Notes: a model not told the origin generated them from the sequence alone. A stretch of DNA of 63,484 bases, filler included, from Octopus bimaculoides (GCF_001194135.2; 9 parts of 9 records of this genome joined end to end with filler, not necessarily neighbours in it), one strand, 5' to 3'; shown: positions 49,982 through 63,189, counted from the first letter of the whole stretch. Made by a program: numbers and translations.

Positions 49982-50016
49982 NNNNNNNNNNNNNNNNNNN
50001 NNNNNNNNNNNNNNNN

Positions 50017-50055
<39 letters not shown>

Positions 50056-50789
50056 CTTACTTGGAAAAGGATGCGTGGCGTTCGATCATATATTAATATA
50101 ATATATAGATATATGCATATATCCATACATACATGTACATACCTACATCTATATGTATACATACATGCATATATGGGTACAGGACATCAAAGAAACGTTA
50201 AACACAATGAGAAACGAAAACATAAAAACGAACATTTTTCGAACAACGAAAAAAACAAACAGAGAAACGAGACATGCCACATAAAGCGTATACCCCTTCG
50301 TCAGTTGTCCTTCTTCCATCTACTCCGCGTTTCGAAGGCAAGGACAATACGTGACTTCGTTGGAACAGTCCTTCACGCAAAGCAAGTTAAATAAAATTTG
50401 GGATTTTTTGCGGAGGGTGAAATTGTTAACTGTGTAGTAAGAAGCTTGCTTCCCAGCCACATGGTTCCAGGTTCAGTCCCACTGCGTAACACATTGAGCT
50501 ATTGTCTTCTACTATAGCCTTAGGCCGACCAAAACCTTGTGAGTGGATTTGGTGGACGGAAACTGAAAGAAGCTGGTCGTATATATATATATATATATAT
50601 ATATNNNNNNNNNNNNNNNNNNNNNNNNNNNNNNNNNNNNNNNNNNNNTTAATTAATTAANNNNNNNNNNNNNNNNNNNNNNNNNNNNNNNNNNNNNNNN
50701 NNNNCCTTCCTTCCCCCTCCCCAAAAGAAAAGCTCTACATTGTATTTGTCCCATCTTCGTTGAGCCCTGTGTGGCTAATAAAAGAAATG

Positions 50790-50806
50790 TATCTATCTAT
50801 CTATCA

Positions 50807-50896
<90 letters not shown>

Positions 50897-50930
50897 CAAT
50901 CTATCTATCTATCTATCTATCTATCTATAT
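50790..50930. repeat. (CTAT)n microsatellite
   Basis: Long near-perfect ATCT array. Confidence 0.95.
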
Positions 50931-51141
50931 ATATATATATATATATAATGGTTAGGATTTGTTGTTATTGCAGCATGTTGGAAATATTGTTCTCTTTCGA
51001 GTGGAAGATGGAATATTTTGACATTACAAAGTATTAGTGGCACAAGTTGATTAAAATAGCATTGACCAGAAACCAAAACCAATTCTTGAAGTCAGTTTCC
51101 TACATATTTGTCATTTAACTAACTGTATTTACTCAAATATA

Positions 51142-52235
51142 AGAGGTTGAGTAAAAAGTAAGCAACGTTTTGAACCATGAAGAATTTGTAGCGGATTTTT
51201 GCAGAGTTTTGAATTTTTTAAAACACTTTTTTTGCAATTGTCTGATGATACAGACACAGTCTTGCCCAAATGCATCAATTAACATTGATATTTTTTGTTG
51301 TTACAATCATCTGAAATGAAACTGTCAAAGTGCGATATTCGAGTAATTTTGCTATTCAACTTCGAAAAAGGACGTAAAGCAGCTGAAATTGCTCGCAATA
51401 TCAAGGAAACGTTTGGTGAGGAAATGACCAGCTCGAAATGGTCAGCTCGAAAATGGTTCAAATGATTTTGGNNNNNNNNNNNNNNNNNNNNNNNNNNNNN
51501 NNNNNNNNNNNNNNNNNNNNNNNNNNNNNNNNNNNNNNNNNNNNNNNNNNNNNNNNNNNNNNNNNNNNNNNNNNNNNNNNNNNNNNNNNNNNNNNNNNNN
51601 NNNNNNNNNNNNNNNNNNNNNNNNNNNNNNNNNNNNNNNNNNNNNNNNNNNNNNNNNNNNNNNATCGGAAACCGTTCCTAAATCCGAGCTCTTCCAAAAG
51701 AAGGTTATGGTGACTATTTTGGTGGTGTACTGCTGGAATCATCCACTATAACTTCTTAAAACTTGGAAAAACCATTACTGCAGAAACATATTGTCATGAA
51801 ATTGCCAAAATGAAGGGAAAACTGCCACTCCTCCGTCCCAGACTGGTCAACAGAAGAGGGCCAATCATTCTTTATGACAATGCTCGACCACACGTTCCAC
51901 TAATGACGCTCCACAAGTTGAGGGAACTTGGCTCCGATGTTCTCCATCCTGCTTATATCCCAAACCTTTCTCCTATCGACTACCACTTTTTCAAGCACCT
52001 TGATAGTTTCCTGCGAGAGAAGGAGTTCAAACATCAAACCGATGCTGAAAGTGCATTCAAAGAGTTCATCAGCTGCAGAATTCCAGATCTTTATGTGACC
52101 GGAATAAACAAACTTGTAACTCGTTGGCAAAAATGTGTTGATTGTAATGGCACTTACTTTGAGGAATTGCATTGTTGAAATATATTGTAATGAATTTCAT
52201 GTTTCAAAACGTTGCTTACTTTTTACTCAGCCTGA
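51142..52235 (+). mobile_element. Mariner (cecropia/SETMAR-like) element in chitinase intron
   Basis: TIRs agaggttgagtaaaaagtaagcaacgttttgaa and ttcaaaacgttgcttactttttactcagcctga+TA. Transposase shows KKVMVTIWW, YDNARPH, PNLSPIDYHFF and RWQKCV; part lies in an N gap. Confidence 0.9.
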
Positions 52236-52256
52236 TACAAATCAAACAGAACATAC

Positions 52257-52442
52257 TTCCTGATAAGACATAACGCCAGATGAATGTATTATGGGTCCCG
52301 GAGTTCCTGGTCTTGTTGCTGGTGCCATCATACCATTAAGCTGGCCATCGACTAATGTAAATGATCGTCCGTAGAATGGTATTCCCATAATAAGTTTGTT
52401 TGCAGGAGCACCCTTTGACTTCCAATAAGTCACAGCATAATC
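52257..52442 (-). CDS. GH18 chitinase internal exon
   Basis: catttAG|GAT to GAA|GTATGT, 186 nt, phase 0/0; encodes DYAVTYWKSKGAPANKLIMGIPFYGRSFTL...GTPGP....G.MSYQE (KL..G.P.YGRSFTL motif). Confidence 0.94.
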
Positions 52443-53073
52443 CTAAATGAAGGAGGAATATATGAAAAAAAGCTGTTGAAGAAAAGGCAAAAATAAGGGC
52501 CCTCTTACCTCGAGACGAAATCAAAACACAAAATCTAGCTTCGTTAGTCGTACCTACATGTGAACAGTGCCTCAATCTCTGGCTAAAAAAAAACTATTCT
52601 CTCTCGGAGACCCTTTCCACACGTCTGTTCTCTGCGACATCCTGACATCCATTAGATCTCTCTGTTTTCTAACTCAGTAATATATATATATATATATATA
52701 NNNNNNNNNNNNNNNNNNNNNNNNNNNNNNNNNNNNNNNNNNNNNNNNNNNNNNNNNNNNNNNNNNNNNNNNNNNNNNNNNNNNNNNNNNNNNNNNNNNN
52801 NNNNNNNNNNNNNNNNNNNNNNNNNNNNNNNNNNNNNNNNNNNNNNNNNNNNNNNNNNNNNNNNNNNNNNNNNNNNNNNNNNNNNNNNNNNNNNNNNNNN
52901 NNNNNNNNNNNNNNNNNNNNNNNNNNNNNNNNNNNNNNNNNNNNNNNNNNNNNNNNNNNNNNNNNNNNNNNNNNNNNNNNNNNNNNNNNNNNNNNNNNNN
53001 NNNNNNNNNNNNNNNNNNNNNNNNNNNNNNNNNNNNNNNNNNNNNNNNNNNNNNNNNNNNNNNNNNNNNNNNN

Positions 53074-53121
<48 letters not shown>

Positions 53122-53527
53122 CACACGCGCGCGCACACACACAAGTATGTGTGTGGGCATCTTTCATCGACATGTATTACTGAAGAATGTTTATCGAGAA
53201 AACCGCTGCTCTTCAAACGAAATTCTTTTCTAAGTTCCAAATGTTTCTTTGTCACTTCATGATCAGAAATGAAGTGAACCAGCGATCGGTCAATTAGAAG
53301 TTTCGAAACAACTACATTACTGTTCACAAACTGCAATATAAAATACACAAATATATCAATGGAACAAGTGTTTTAAACAGAGAACAGTTTCGCACTGGTG
53401 AAGAGATGTGGACATCGAGTTTAAAGCATTACCTTAATCTAGAGAAAGTTAAAATAAAGCATTTTTCGAAATAAACTGCTTCCATTAATCGAACAAGAAC
53501 TTGAAAAGTTTTCTGCTTATAACTCAC

Positions 53528-53651
53528 CACATTGAGATATTGTCTTCCATTGGTCTCTCCTTTCTTTGGATACAATGGGGAAAGGTGTCCTGTCAGTTTC
53601 TCCCATGAACCATGGAAATCGTATGTCATCAGTAGTATGTAATCTACAGTC
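53528..53651 (-). CDS. GH18 chitinase internal exon
   Basis: ttacaAG|G (phase 2) to GTG|GTGAGT (phase 0), 124 nt; encodes TVDYILLMTYDFHGSWEKLTGHLSPLY...YLNV (MTYDFHGSW motif); in frame with the next exon. Confidence 0.94.
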
Positions 53652-54495
53652 CTTGTAAGAAGAAATAATTTAAAAATCTGTATATATAATTTTACTTACA
53701 GAATACACACACACGCACACACACATGCATACACAGACACACACATGCATACACAGACACACACGCACACACATACACATACATAATTGATAGAAAATGG
53801 AATGAACGACATTCTTCATTTAAATGCACTACAATTGTTTCGACGTATTTTTACACACATAGTACATTGGTGAGACGGTTCAAATTCAGTGTCTTGCAGA
53901 GCTATCAGCGATAACACGATAGACGAAGTGGCGTATTACCATTCCGGTATTAGAAGAGATACACTGTACCAACACCGTTACAGATAGTTAAACTCACGCG
54001 TACAAATGGAAGAAAAAGGAAGAACATAGAGTTCCTAAAAATAGACGCCAAAAAGAAAAAAAAAACATTAAGTTGTACAAAAAAAAAAGAAAAAGCTAAA
54101 AAAAAGGGAGGTAGGGGTGAATAAAGTAAAATAAAATTACTTCCCAAAATGAAAAAAATTAAAAGGGGAAACGTCGTAGTGGAAATGGCACACACCCTCC
54201 CATGGAACAAGAGCAACTATTTACACACACACACCCAAGCGACGAAGTAGTCACTGCATATATATATNNNNNNNNNNNNNNNNNNNNNNNNNNNNNNNNN
54301 NNNNNNNNNNNTTAATTAATTAANNNNNNNNNNNNNNNNNNNNNNNNNNNNNNNNNNNNNNNNNNNNACGATTCTGCCAGTTCTCCGCCTTAATTTAATA
54401 ATAATAATAATAATGATGATGATGATGACGACGACGACGACGACGACAATGACGATGACGATTTCGTTATAATAATAATAATAATGTTTTCTTTT

Positions 54496-54700
54496 AAGGC
54501 GGCGAGCTGGCAGAAACGTTAGCACGCCGGACGAAATGCTTAGCGGTATTTCGCCTGTTGCTACATTCCGCCGAGGTCGACTTTGCCTTTCATCCTATTG
54601 TGGTCGATAAATTAAGTGCCAGTTGCGTACTGGGTCGATCTAATCGAATGGCCCCTTCCTCCGAAACATTTCGAGCCTCGTGCCTAGAGTAGAAACGAAT
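54496..54700 (+). mobile_element. SINE family A, CpG-rich copy
   Basis: aaggcggcgagctggcagaaacgttagcacgccggacgaaatgcttagcgg...; TTTTCTTTTA occurs on both flanks (candidate TSD). Confidence 0.85.
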
Positions 54701-56485
54701 AATCTTTTCTTTTATTATCGTCGACGACTCGAAGAGATACAAAAATACGAAACTTTTTCAAGAGATTTCAAAGAAAGGAAGAGATAATTGAAAGCGAGTT
54801 TACAAGTACAAAAGGGGCGGAAGAGAGACGTTATAATACTATAATGGACGTATTAAGATTTTTGCACAAAAATGACTTTTTAAAGAAAGTACGATAAAAC
54901 ACAATCATTAAACAAAATTGTTGTTTTGAAGAAATCATTCATCCTCTCCCATTTCCTTTGCTTATTTTAAGATTTTAAGACTTTAAAATATTTTTCTCTC
55001 GCTTCTCTACGTGTTTCACTTGAGAGTAGTTTTTCATCTGTAACTATTATATCTTTCTCATAGCGCGATGATGGTGTGGTACTACTGGGTAGCACTATTT
55101 TGGAACAAAACGTTTATTTACCTACTTCTAATAGTAACTGTATAGGGATTTGCCCTGGGTTTGTCAGTCTAGCTACGGCCCTCCACATAGAAGTCTCGGT
55201 ATACCTATGGTTAATAAAGCGTAGACATTCGCTGCGTCAGCGGCATCTATAAAAATTCCTTGAAGATGAACAGATATAGGCAACATTTTTCAGATACGAT
55301 TTCCCATAGTTTATCTCTAACTGAGATGCAGTCCTGCTTCAAACGAAGACCAAGACTGAGTACTGGGCATTCAGAATGTTTTCAGGTGCTCAGAGCCTTC
55401 TACAAGTCGGGCAATACGGTCGGTAGACCTTCCACGCTAACATGTTATAAAGAAGTAGCGATAGGGAAGCGTAACGATGTTCTTGGCGAGAATCAATTGA
55501 TTGATCGATTTCGGAGGACTTTCAACCAAAAAAACAACCTTGAGTAACTTTTAGAAATCCCTATCCTTGCATTGCTATGGCGACACGAGTTCATTCCGTG
55601 TTCGAAATAAACTCTACACATACAGAAACGCCCTTAACTGTGCACGGATGTGCACAGAGCGACAAAACTGTATGACATGCATTGGCTCAGTGTCTTCGTA
55701 TTACTGATTTGTGAAGCTTAGCTGAAACTCTGGCTATCGCGTACAGGACGGATCAGGCCAAAGGAAGAGCTTGTCATGAAGAAGACCTTATCGCCTTCAT
55801 TAGATCGGGAGGACAGCAGTTTTTATGTCTCGTGGCTATGACGAAAGACGTTGTGGGGTAGACTGAAGACAAACACTTACCTCTTCGGTCAAAGCTTCGT
55901 CAATTTGGGGAAGAAATTTTTTGTTTTTGCTTGTTTATTATTCGTTTTTCAAATTTCCTTCTGAGTGGCGTTATGAAGATTGAAAGAGAAGTGCTGCTCC
56001 GCAGTGAATTTGTTGACAGTGCAGTTAAGGTGACGGACATTGTCCGAGTACACCAAGAATAAACAGCTGAGAGAGGGCAAATAACGTTGAGAGCCACGAT
56101 AATAGGGGAGGGATCTGTGGCGTTTCTTGATTGGTTGAAGCTTTATTAGGCTCCTTTGTTCCTTTCCGTTTGTTCGTATTTTATATTTATGTGTTATCGT
56201 TTTGTTATTTTCTTTCTCCCCGAATCCAATGAGAAGGAGGGGAGCATGGTAAGTATAAAAATTTTTTTTTTTTTAAGATAATGGAATATTCTGGAAAACA
56301 ACAATAGTAAACGATTATTGAAGAAATGTAATAAATTTTTAATTGATTTTAACTTTTTATTGCGTTTTATGGTTCCCCTTCTAATTTCTTTTGTTCTTCT
56401 GCTTTGTGGTTTCTTCTTTTTCCTTCTCATTTTAAAATTGTTTTTCTGCTTTTTTTATTATTATTATTATTATCATTTTCATTCT

Positions 56486-56708
56486 AAGGCGGCGAGCTGG
56501 CAGAAACGTTAGCACGCCGGGCGAAATGCTTAGCGACATTTCGTATGTCTTTACGTTCCGAGTTCAAATTCCGCCGAGGTCGACTTTGCCTTTCATCTTT
56601 TCGGGATCGATAAATTAAGTACCAGTTGCGCACTGGAATCGATCTAATCGACTGGGCCCCCCCCCCTCCCGAAAAATTTCGTGCCTTGTGCCTAGAGAAG
56701 AAAAGAAT
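56486..56708 (+). mobile_element. SINE family A, CpG-rich copy
   Basis: Full head, B-box-like gagttcaaattcc, central domain and ccttgtgcctagag tail. Confidence 0.85.
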
Positions 56709-57146
56709 ATGTAAAACTGGTCTAGCAATTAGTATAAACAGCAGAAGAGTACAAATAAAGGAGGAATGTATTTATAAGGAAGAANNNNNNNNNNNNNNNN
56801 NNNNNNNNNNNNNNNNNNNNNNNNNNNNNNNNNNNNNNNNNNNNNNNNNNNNNNNNNNNNNNNNNNNNNNNNNNNNNNNNNNNNNNNNNNNNNNNNNNNN
56901 NNNNNNNNNNNNNNNNNNNNNNNNNNNNNNNNNNNNNNNNNNNNNNNNNATGTCCCCGTAATCTAGCGGTTCGGCAATAGAGACCGATAGAATAAGTACT
57001 AGGCTTCTAAACAAAGAATAAGTCCTGGGGTTGATTTGCTCGACTAAAGGCGGTGCTCCAGCATGGCCACAGTCAAAAGACTGAAACAAAAGAGTAAAAG
57101 AGTCTAATAGAAAAATTTTAAGTTTCTGTTAATGTTGTAGTAGTAG

Positions 57147-57179
<33 letters not shown>

Positions 57180-58330
57180 CGGAGAATGGAATAATTGTCA
57201 AAGCTTCGGAAAAGTGCAAGTAAAGAGTAATTGAGAATACGACAAAAGAGAATTTGGGATCAAGGTTGTTCTTGAAGCAGTTGAGTCGTAGTTTCTCTGG
57301 AAGAGAAGGAAGACGAAGACGAAGTGGAATGGAAGAAGATGACGACGACGAACAAGGAAGGAGGAAGGAGGAATGGAGAAAGGGTAGGGTTGGGTAAATA
57401 AAGATGGAGAGGGAAACATTTGCATTGTTTTATGTCCACAAAAGAATACAAAGGAAGAATAAGAGAGGAGAAAAGTTTTCTGGTGCCATCATTGGAGTCG
57501 ACGTCGGCGTAGCGTTGTTGTTATTGTTTTTGTTGTTGTTGTTATAGAGATTGTTGTGGTTGCTGTGGTTTCGAGACTAACTGTGGAGTAGAATAAGTCT
57601 TAGGATTTTGGTTCGTTCACAAACTTATTAACGGAGTTACACTCGAAGAAAGAGCAGGGGAAAGAAGACAGGAGGAGAGCGCCAGAGAACGAAAAGAGTG
57701 AAAAAAAAAAGGGAGATAAAAGAAAGAAGAGAGGAAAGAGAAAAGAGAAAATAAAGTGGAGAGAAGGAAGTAAAAAAAAAAAAAGATAAAAAGATCAGTA
57801 GTCATTATTATTACTAATTGTAAACGAAAATTTGAACAGTCGTTAAATATTCATTTAAAGTACCAAACTAATAGTATTTTCTGTGATGGTTGGTTAGCGC
57901 GTTGATTGGCTGGCGAGTTCGCTGGTTGTTAACTGGCTGGAGTGACAGGCTGGTTGGCGAGCTTGCCGGCTGGCTGACTGGCGAGCTGGTTGGCTGGTTG
58001 GTTGGTTGGTGGTCTGACTGGCTACTTGCCTGCCTTGACTGTTGTCTGTCTTTTGTTCACATTTAGTCTTGCAGTCTTTTGTTAAATTGGTTTCTACAAA
58101 CGAGAACCTTAATTCTTTTCTTTAAATACAATTGAGAAACAATACATTCATTTTTAAAATTTTCATTTCATTTTTTTTTACTTATTTTTTATATTGTTTT
58201 CATTTATTTATTAATTTATTTCGTGTTGCATGTGTAGGCGCGTATATACGTATGCATGTATATGTGTATATGTATATAGGTATGTAATGTACGTGTATAC
58301 GTGTGTATGAATATGCATGTGTAGTTAGAT

Positions 58331-58744
58331 TCTTTTACTCTTTTACTTGTTTCAGTCATTTGACTGCGGCCATGCTGGAGCACCACCTTTAGTCGAGCAA
58401 ATCGACCCCAGGACTTATTCTTTGGAAGCCTAGTACTTATTCTATCGGTCTCTTTTGCCGAACCGCTAAGTTACGGGGACGTAAACACACCAGCATCGGT
58501 TGTCAAGCGATGTTGGGGGGACAAACAGACACACAAACACACACATACACATATATATATATATATACATATATACGACGGGCTTCTTTCAGTTTCCGTC
58601 TACCAAATCCACTCGCAAGGCTTTGGTCGGCCCGAGGCTATAGTAGAAGACACTTGCTCAAGGTGCCACGGAGTGGGACTGAACCCGGAACCATGTGGTT
58701 GGTAAGCAAGCAAGCTACTTACCACACAGCCACTCCTGCGCCTA
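58331..58744 (-). mobile_element. Full-length young SINE family B
   Basis: Complete element from the minus-strand head aggcgcaggagtggctgtgtggtaagtag to the (AAAGAGT)n tail; CpGs retained. Confidence 0.9.
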
Positions 58745-58828
58745 TATGTATATGTATATATATGTATATGTATATGTGTATATGTATATAGGTATGTAAT
58801 GTACGTGTATACGTGTGTATGAATATGC

Positions 58829-58870
<42 letters not shown>

Positions 58871-60899
58871 CATATGTATTTATACACGGGTGCGAAAGTG
58901 CGTGTATATATGTATATGTCGTTTGAAGTTTACTTCTTTTATGTTTGTTTGTTGTTTTTTGGGGGGTTTTTGTCATTTTTTTTGTTATTTGTAATTTTTG
59001 TACGCAACATAAAAAACCTACGTCATTTTTAATTGTTTTGTGTTTGTTGGGGAGCATTTTTGCCAGTTTTTTTTTAAAGTGTTTTTGAATTTTTAATTTA
59101 GACGTTTTGTTGTTGTTGTTGTTATTGCTGTTGTTTTTGTTATTGTTTTGAGAAGTTGTTTTTTTTTGCTTTGCTTTGTTTCGTTTCGTTGTGGAGAGTC
59201 GGGAAGGGAGGTTGGTGACCAGAATAAAGATTGTAATTCATTTGTCTCTTATTTCATCATTTTTGTTGTTGTTGTTGTTGTTGTTGTTTACTGATCACCG
59301 TCGTCGTCATTGTCGCAGTCATCATCATCATCATCATCATCATCATCACCATCATCATCATCGTCGTCGTCATCATCGTTGTCATCATCATAATCACCAT
59401 ACCTCCTGACATTATCTATATTCACTTTCTTTCTATCTCTCTCTCTCTCGCTTTCTCATCTCTCTCTCTCTCTCTCTCNNNNNNNNNNNNNNNNNNNNNN
59501 NNNNNNNNNNNNNNNNNNNNNNNNNNNNNNNNNNNNNNNNNNNNNNNNNNNNNNNNNNNNNNNNNNNNNNNNNNNNNNNNNNNNNNNNNNNNNNNNNNNN
59601 NNNNNNNNNNNNNNNNNNNNNNNNNNNNNNNNNNNNNNNNNNNNNNNNNNNNNNNNNNNNNNNNNNNNNNNNNNNNNNNNNNNNNNNNNNNNNNNNNNNN
59701 NNNNNNNNNNNNNNNNNNNNNNNNNNNNNNNNNNNNNNNNNNNNNNNNNNNNNNNNNNNNNNNNNNNTATATATATATATATATTATAATCACCTACAAT
59801 AGGTATTATGTTTTCTAGATGTACAAGCCTCTTGCCACTCTCTATAAAATTCTTCTGTATCGGATTGTGGCTGGTGTATTCTAAACGCAATCATTTATCT
59901 TATCTTCCCTTGGTAGTCTTGCAAATTCACTTACTGTCCAGTCAAGACTGCTATAACTCATCACCAGAACAGCTAAAGTATTGACGTCTGTTCTCTAATT
60001 TATTTACATTTAGCCTTGTATTAAGTATTTATCTGTTGTATCTATAATATTCCTGCCTGGATTTTTCTTTCATTTACGTGTGTATTGTGTGTGTGTTGTA
60101 TTCTGCTTAATTCATTAATACTTAGGTATTTTTATAAAGTCTTTGTTTTGTCTAATTCCCTCTTATTTTCATTTAACGTGATATCACTGATTATAGATAT
60201 GTTTTCCTCTCTTCAACGTTTGCTTTAGCGTATCTTTCTTTTCAAACAGAATTTCATGTAAATTCGATCTAGTAAATCCGTGTTTTGTCTGCTCTAGTGC
60301 TTTCGGTTATTTATGGTCTGCAGCGTACAAATCGAAAATCAGGGAATCTCTCCAGTTCGAGTCACTACTTCCCTGCATTAAGAGGTCACAGCTCCAGGTG
60401 CTAAGGACATGTGAGGCTTTAAAAAATAAGTCCTGGGGTCGATTTCTTCGACTGAAGCCCTTCAAGGAGATGCCCCAGCATGACCGCAGTCAAATAACTG
60501 AAACAAGTAAAAGAGTAAAAGCGTCCAACAAATCGTATGTGTATCGTTGAAAAGTCGGAAGCTGCAATTTTTGTTCAAGGAGAAAATATTTTCATAGATG
60601 CAGTATGTTAAAAAATAAATAACATACACAATATATTTCAGAGCTAAGCGAAACAAAATAACTCCAGAAGTCTCCGCGAGAAAGACAGATGCGTATTTCT
60701 CCGTTTTTGCGGCTTGTCAATGTCACGTATGCGTGTCACTTCTGAAACGAAGTCAAACTGACCAATTTGAGATATATAGAGAGTGTATAAACAACATACT
60801 TGTTTGTGATAAAATGAATAAAATTCAAATTACGCAATAAAAGCAGCTCTGGGGTATAACGTTTACCTATATAACATACTTAGAGTATGTGTATGTAAT

Positions 60900-61560
60900 T
60901 TTCGTCCGGGAAAAGTCCTTCTATAGATGTATTTTAAACGCCAAATGCTCGAGGACATACTGACTGAACTGCTCCGGGGGACTTTCAGGTCGGAGATCAC
61001 AATGGATTATTTCCAGAAATCCTTGTTCTAGTAGTTGTACCGAGAGACATTACAGGTTCGAGATAATATCTATATGCATGGAAGTACCGCCAGGTGAGAC
61101 TGACCGGGAACAACGAAATCGTACTGAATGCACCTGTACAATGCCCAAGTATTGCTAAATAGCTGTTATCGCATTTAATTATTTAGCTCTTGGTCAAGTC
61201 CATTGTGAAAACTGTTCTCCTGCCCTCCTATAACAAGGCAGGACAGGCAGTGTTCTTCTGTCTAGAAGCTGTAGTGAAAGAAGTTGTTTTAGTACAAGAG
61301 GCTGAAAGGATAAAGGGCAGACGACCTCCTCTTTGGTCAAACTCTCATCAACTTTTTCAAGTTACACTGAAAACAAGATAAAGGTAGAGACAGAAGTTCT
61401 TTCTTTTAGTGTACTTGTCAAAAGGTGATTGTGACGAAATGGTTAGGGTGGGTGGAACTACTCTAGGAATGCAGAGTAAAGCAGAGTACAGCACTTGGGT
61501 GAGGGCTCGTGTCCTAAGTAGACAAGATGATCTTAGGTCTATGAGGTTTTTTGATTAACT
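60900..61560 (+). mobile_element. L1/Tx1-like LINE ORF2 C-terminal remnant
   Basis: MDYFQKSL...LYRETLQVRDNIYMHG...EIVLNAPVQCP.. (L.VRD.L..HG...ET..H...QCP zinc-finger region), then VFFCLEAVVKEVV. Confidence 0.6.
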
Positions 61561-61621
61561 CTAGTTGAATATTCCTCTGTATGAACAGGTTTGCACCACT
61601 CATGTGTTCACATATTTCGTA

Positions 61622-61659
<38 letters not shown>

Positions 61660-62369
61660 TTTCATCTCATTCCTTCCCCTTCCCTCTTTTTACCCCCACC
61701 GTTTTTATATAAGCCTCCAACAAATTGTAACCTTTCTTAGTAATGTCCCCCTCATCAGACGCCCCTGTGGCACATAAAAGAAATCATCGTTGTTGCTTTT
61801 GTTGTTGCTGTTGTATGTTGATGTGTGTACGTGTCTCCATTTGTGCCGATAGTTTGGTGTTTTTTTACCAGCCAAAATGAAAGAAAAATTTTGTTTATTG
61901 GATTATTTACAACTATTATCCATTGAAACGTGAGCAGTCTACCACATACCGCGGTAGACATAAGGTCGGGTTTTTTTTTTTTGTAAATAATTTCATTTTT
62001 CTGTCTGTGTACATTCAAGCTAAGATAGTGTCTTCTCACAGATGTATGCCACTCAAAAAAATACATTGACAATGAACAAAACAACACATTTCACAAACAG
62101 AAATTAAACAAAAAAGAATATAAATTTAATTGCACAGCAAGACTTTAATCTTGAACACGAACAAAAGAAAATAATATTTTAGCAGCTAAAAACACTGGCT
62201 TCAATAATTCGATCTGTGGCGTTGACAGCAATCATTTTTCTAACATAGGCACAAGGTCTGCAATTTTGAGGGNNNNNNNNNNNNNNNNNNNNNNNNNNNN
62301 NNNNNNNNNNNNNNNNTTAATTAATTAANNNNNNNNNNNNNNNNNNNNNNNNNNNNNNNNNNNNNNNNN

Positions 62370-62580
62370 NNNCCATACATTTCATACGTTGTATGTAGAG
62401 AATGTGCCTTCACACACCCTCTGCGTTCAGTGTCCATGTTTCACTGTCTTTCAATGTCTCACTTCATACACAGGTAACACACTTATATAATTCATGGAGA
62501 GAGATTTCTTTTGATGTCAGCATAGCGACAACTTCTCAGACTTTTCCTGCCTTGTTCTCACTGTAGCTATTATACACCTG
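62370..62580 (-). mobile_element. RTE-type RT C-terminal fragment
   Basis: Minus strand resembles LY..CV......SETW; heavily decayed. Confidence 0.4.
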
Positions 62581-63189
62581 GAAAAAACCTACCTTCGTTG
62601 TTGATTTGGTCGTGAGGGTAATAAAAGCTACCAACTAGTTCTAGCCATTTAGTGTTCAGATCATTCTGTCAAATGTAATGCTTATTTATTCACAGCTTTG
62701 AAGTAGTCGTATGTTATATTATAGCTTTGAAATTTCAGATTCGGTAATTATCTCTTTTTAGAATGACATTATAGGCTAGATGTGAGAAGCCAGATCCAGC
62801 ATTTATCAGTTCAGGGGAACACTTTATTACCCTAGGTTAACACAAGGCAAATGTTCTATATATCATAGTATCATAACTGTTAATACTACTAGTATAGACT
62901 AGTAACCACACCACTTTACTGGTTGTTGACGACTTCATAATGATACTGTACTTGGAGTACTAATCTTACTAGTAACAGTTATTCACTTAACTGTGCACAC
63001 ATGAAACACCCCCTCCCCCCTCCACACACATACATTCTGGTTCTCCATTGGTTATGACAATGAGTGTTCCAGTTAATATGNNNNNNNNNNNNNNNNNNNN
63101 NNNNNNNNNNNNNNNNNNNNNNNNNNNNNNNNNNNNNNNNNNNNNNNNNNNNNNNNNNNNNNNNNNNNNNNNNNNNNNNNNNNNNNNGA

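Noticed and set aside
53825-53880. GAAAC-AATT-GTA-GTGC hammerhead-like 3' half on the minus strand (similar partial motif near 50330-50370)
   Set aside because: The CUGANGA core is missing, so it cannot be called a ribozyme; at most a decayed PLE terminus.
55260-55547. 95-aa ORF
   Set aside because: No domain similarity recognised on either strand and no splice support.
55878-56135. Possible minus-strand non-coding first exon (CCAAT near 56130, GTAAGT donor near 55878) for the chitinase
   Set aside because: The motifs are too short to be significant, and the catalytic exons that should lie between it and 53651 were not found.
28711-62328. Eight identical TTAATTAATTAA palindromes, superficially like regularly recurring repeats
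   Set aside because: Each is centred in a ~100-bp N-padded gap and gives stops in all six frames; this is an assembly linker, not biology.
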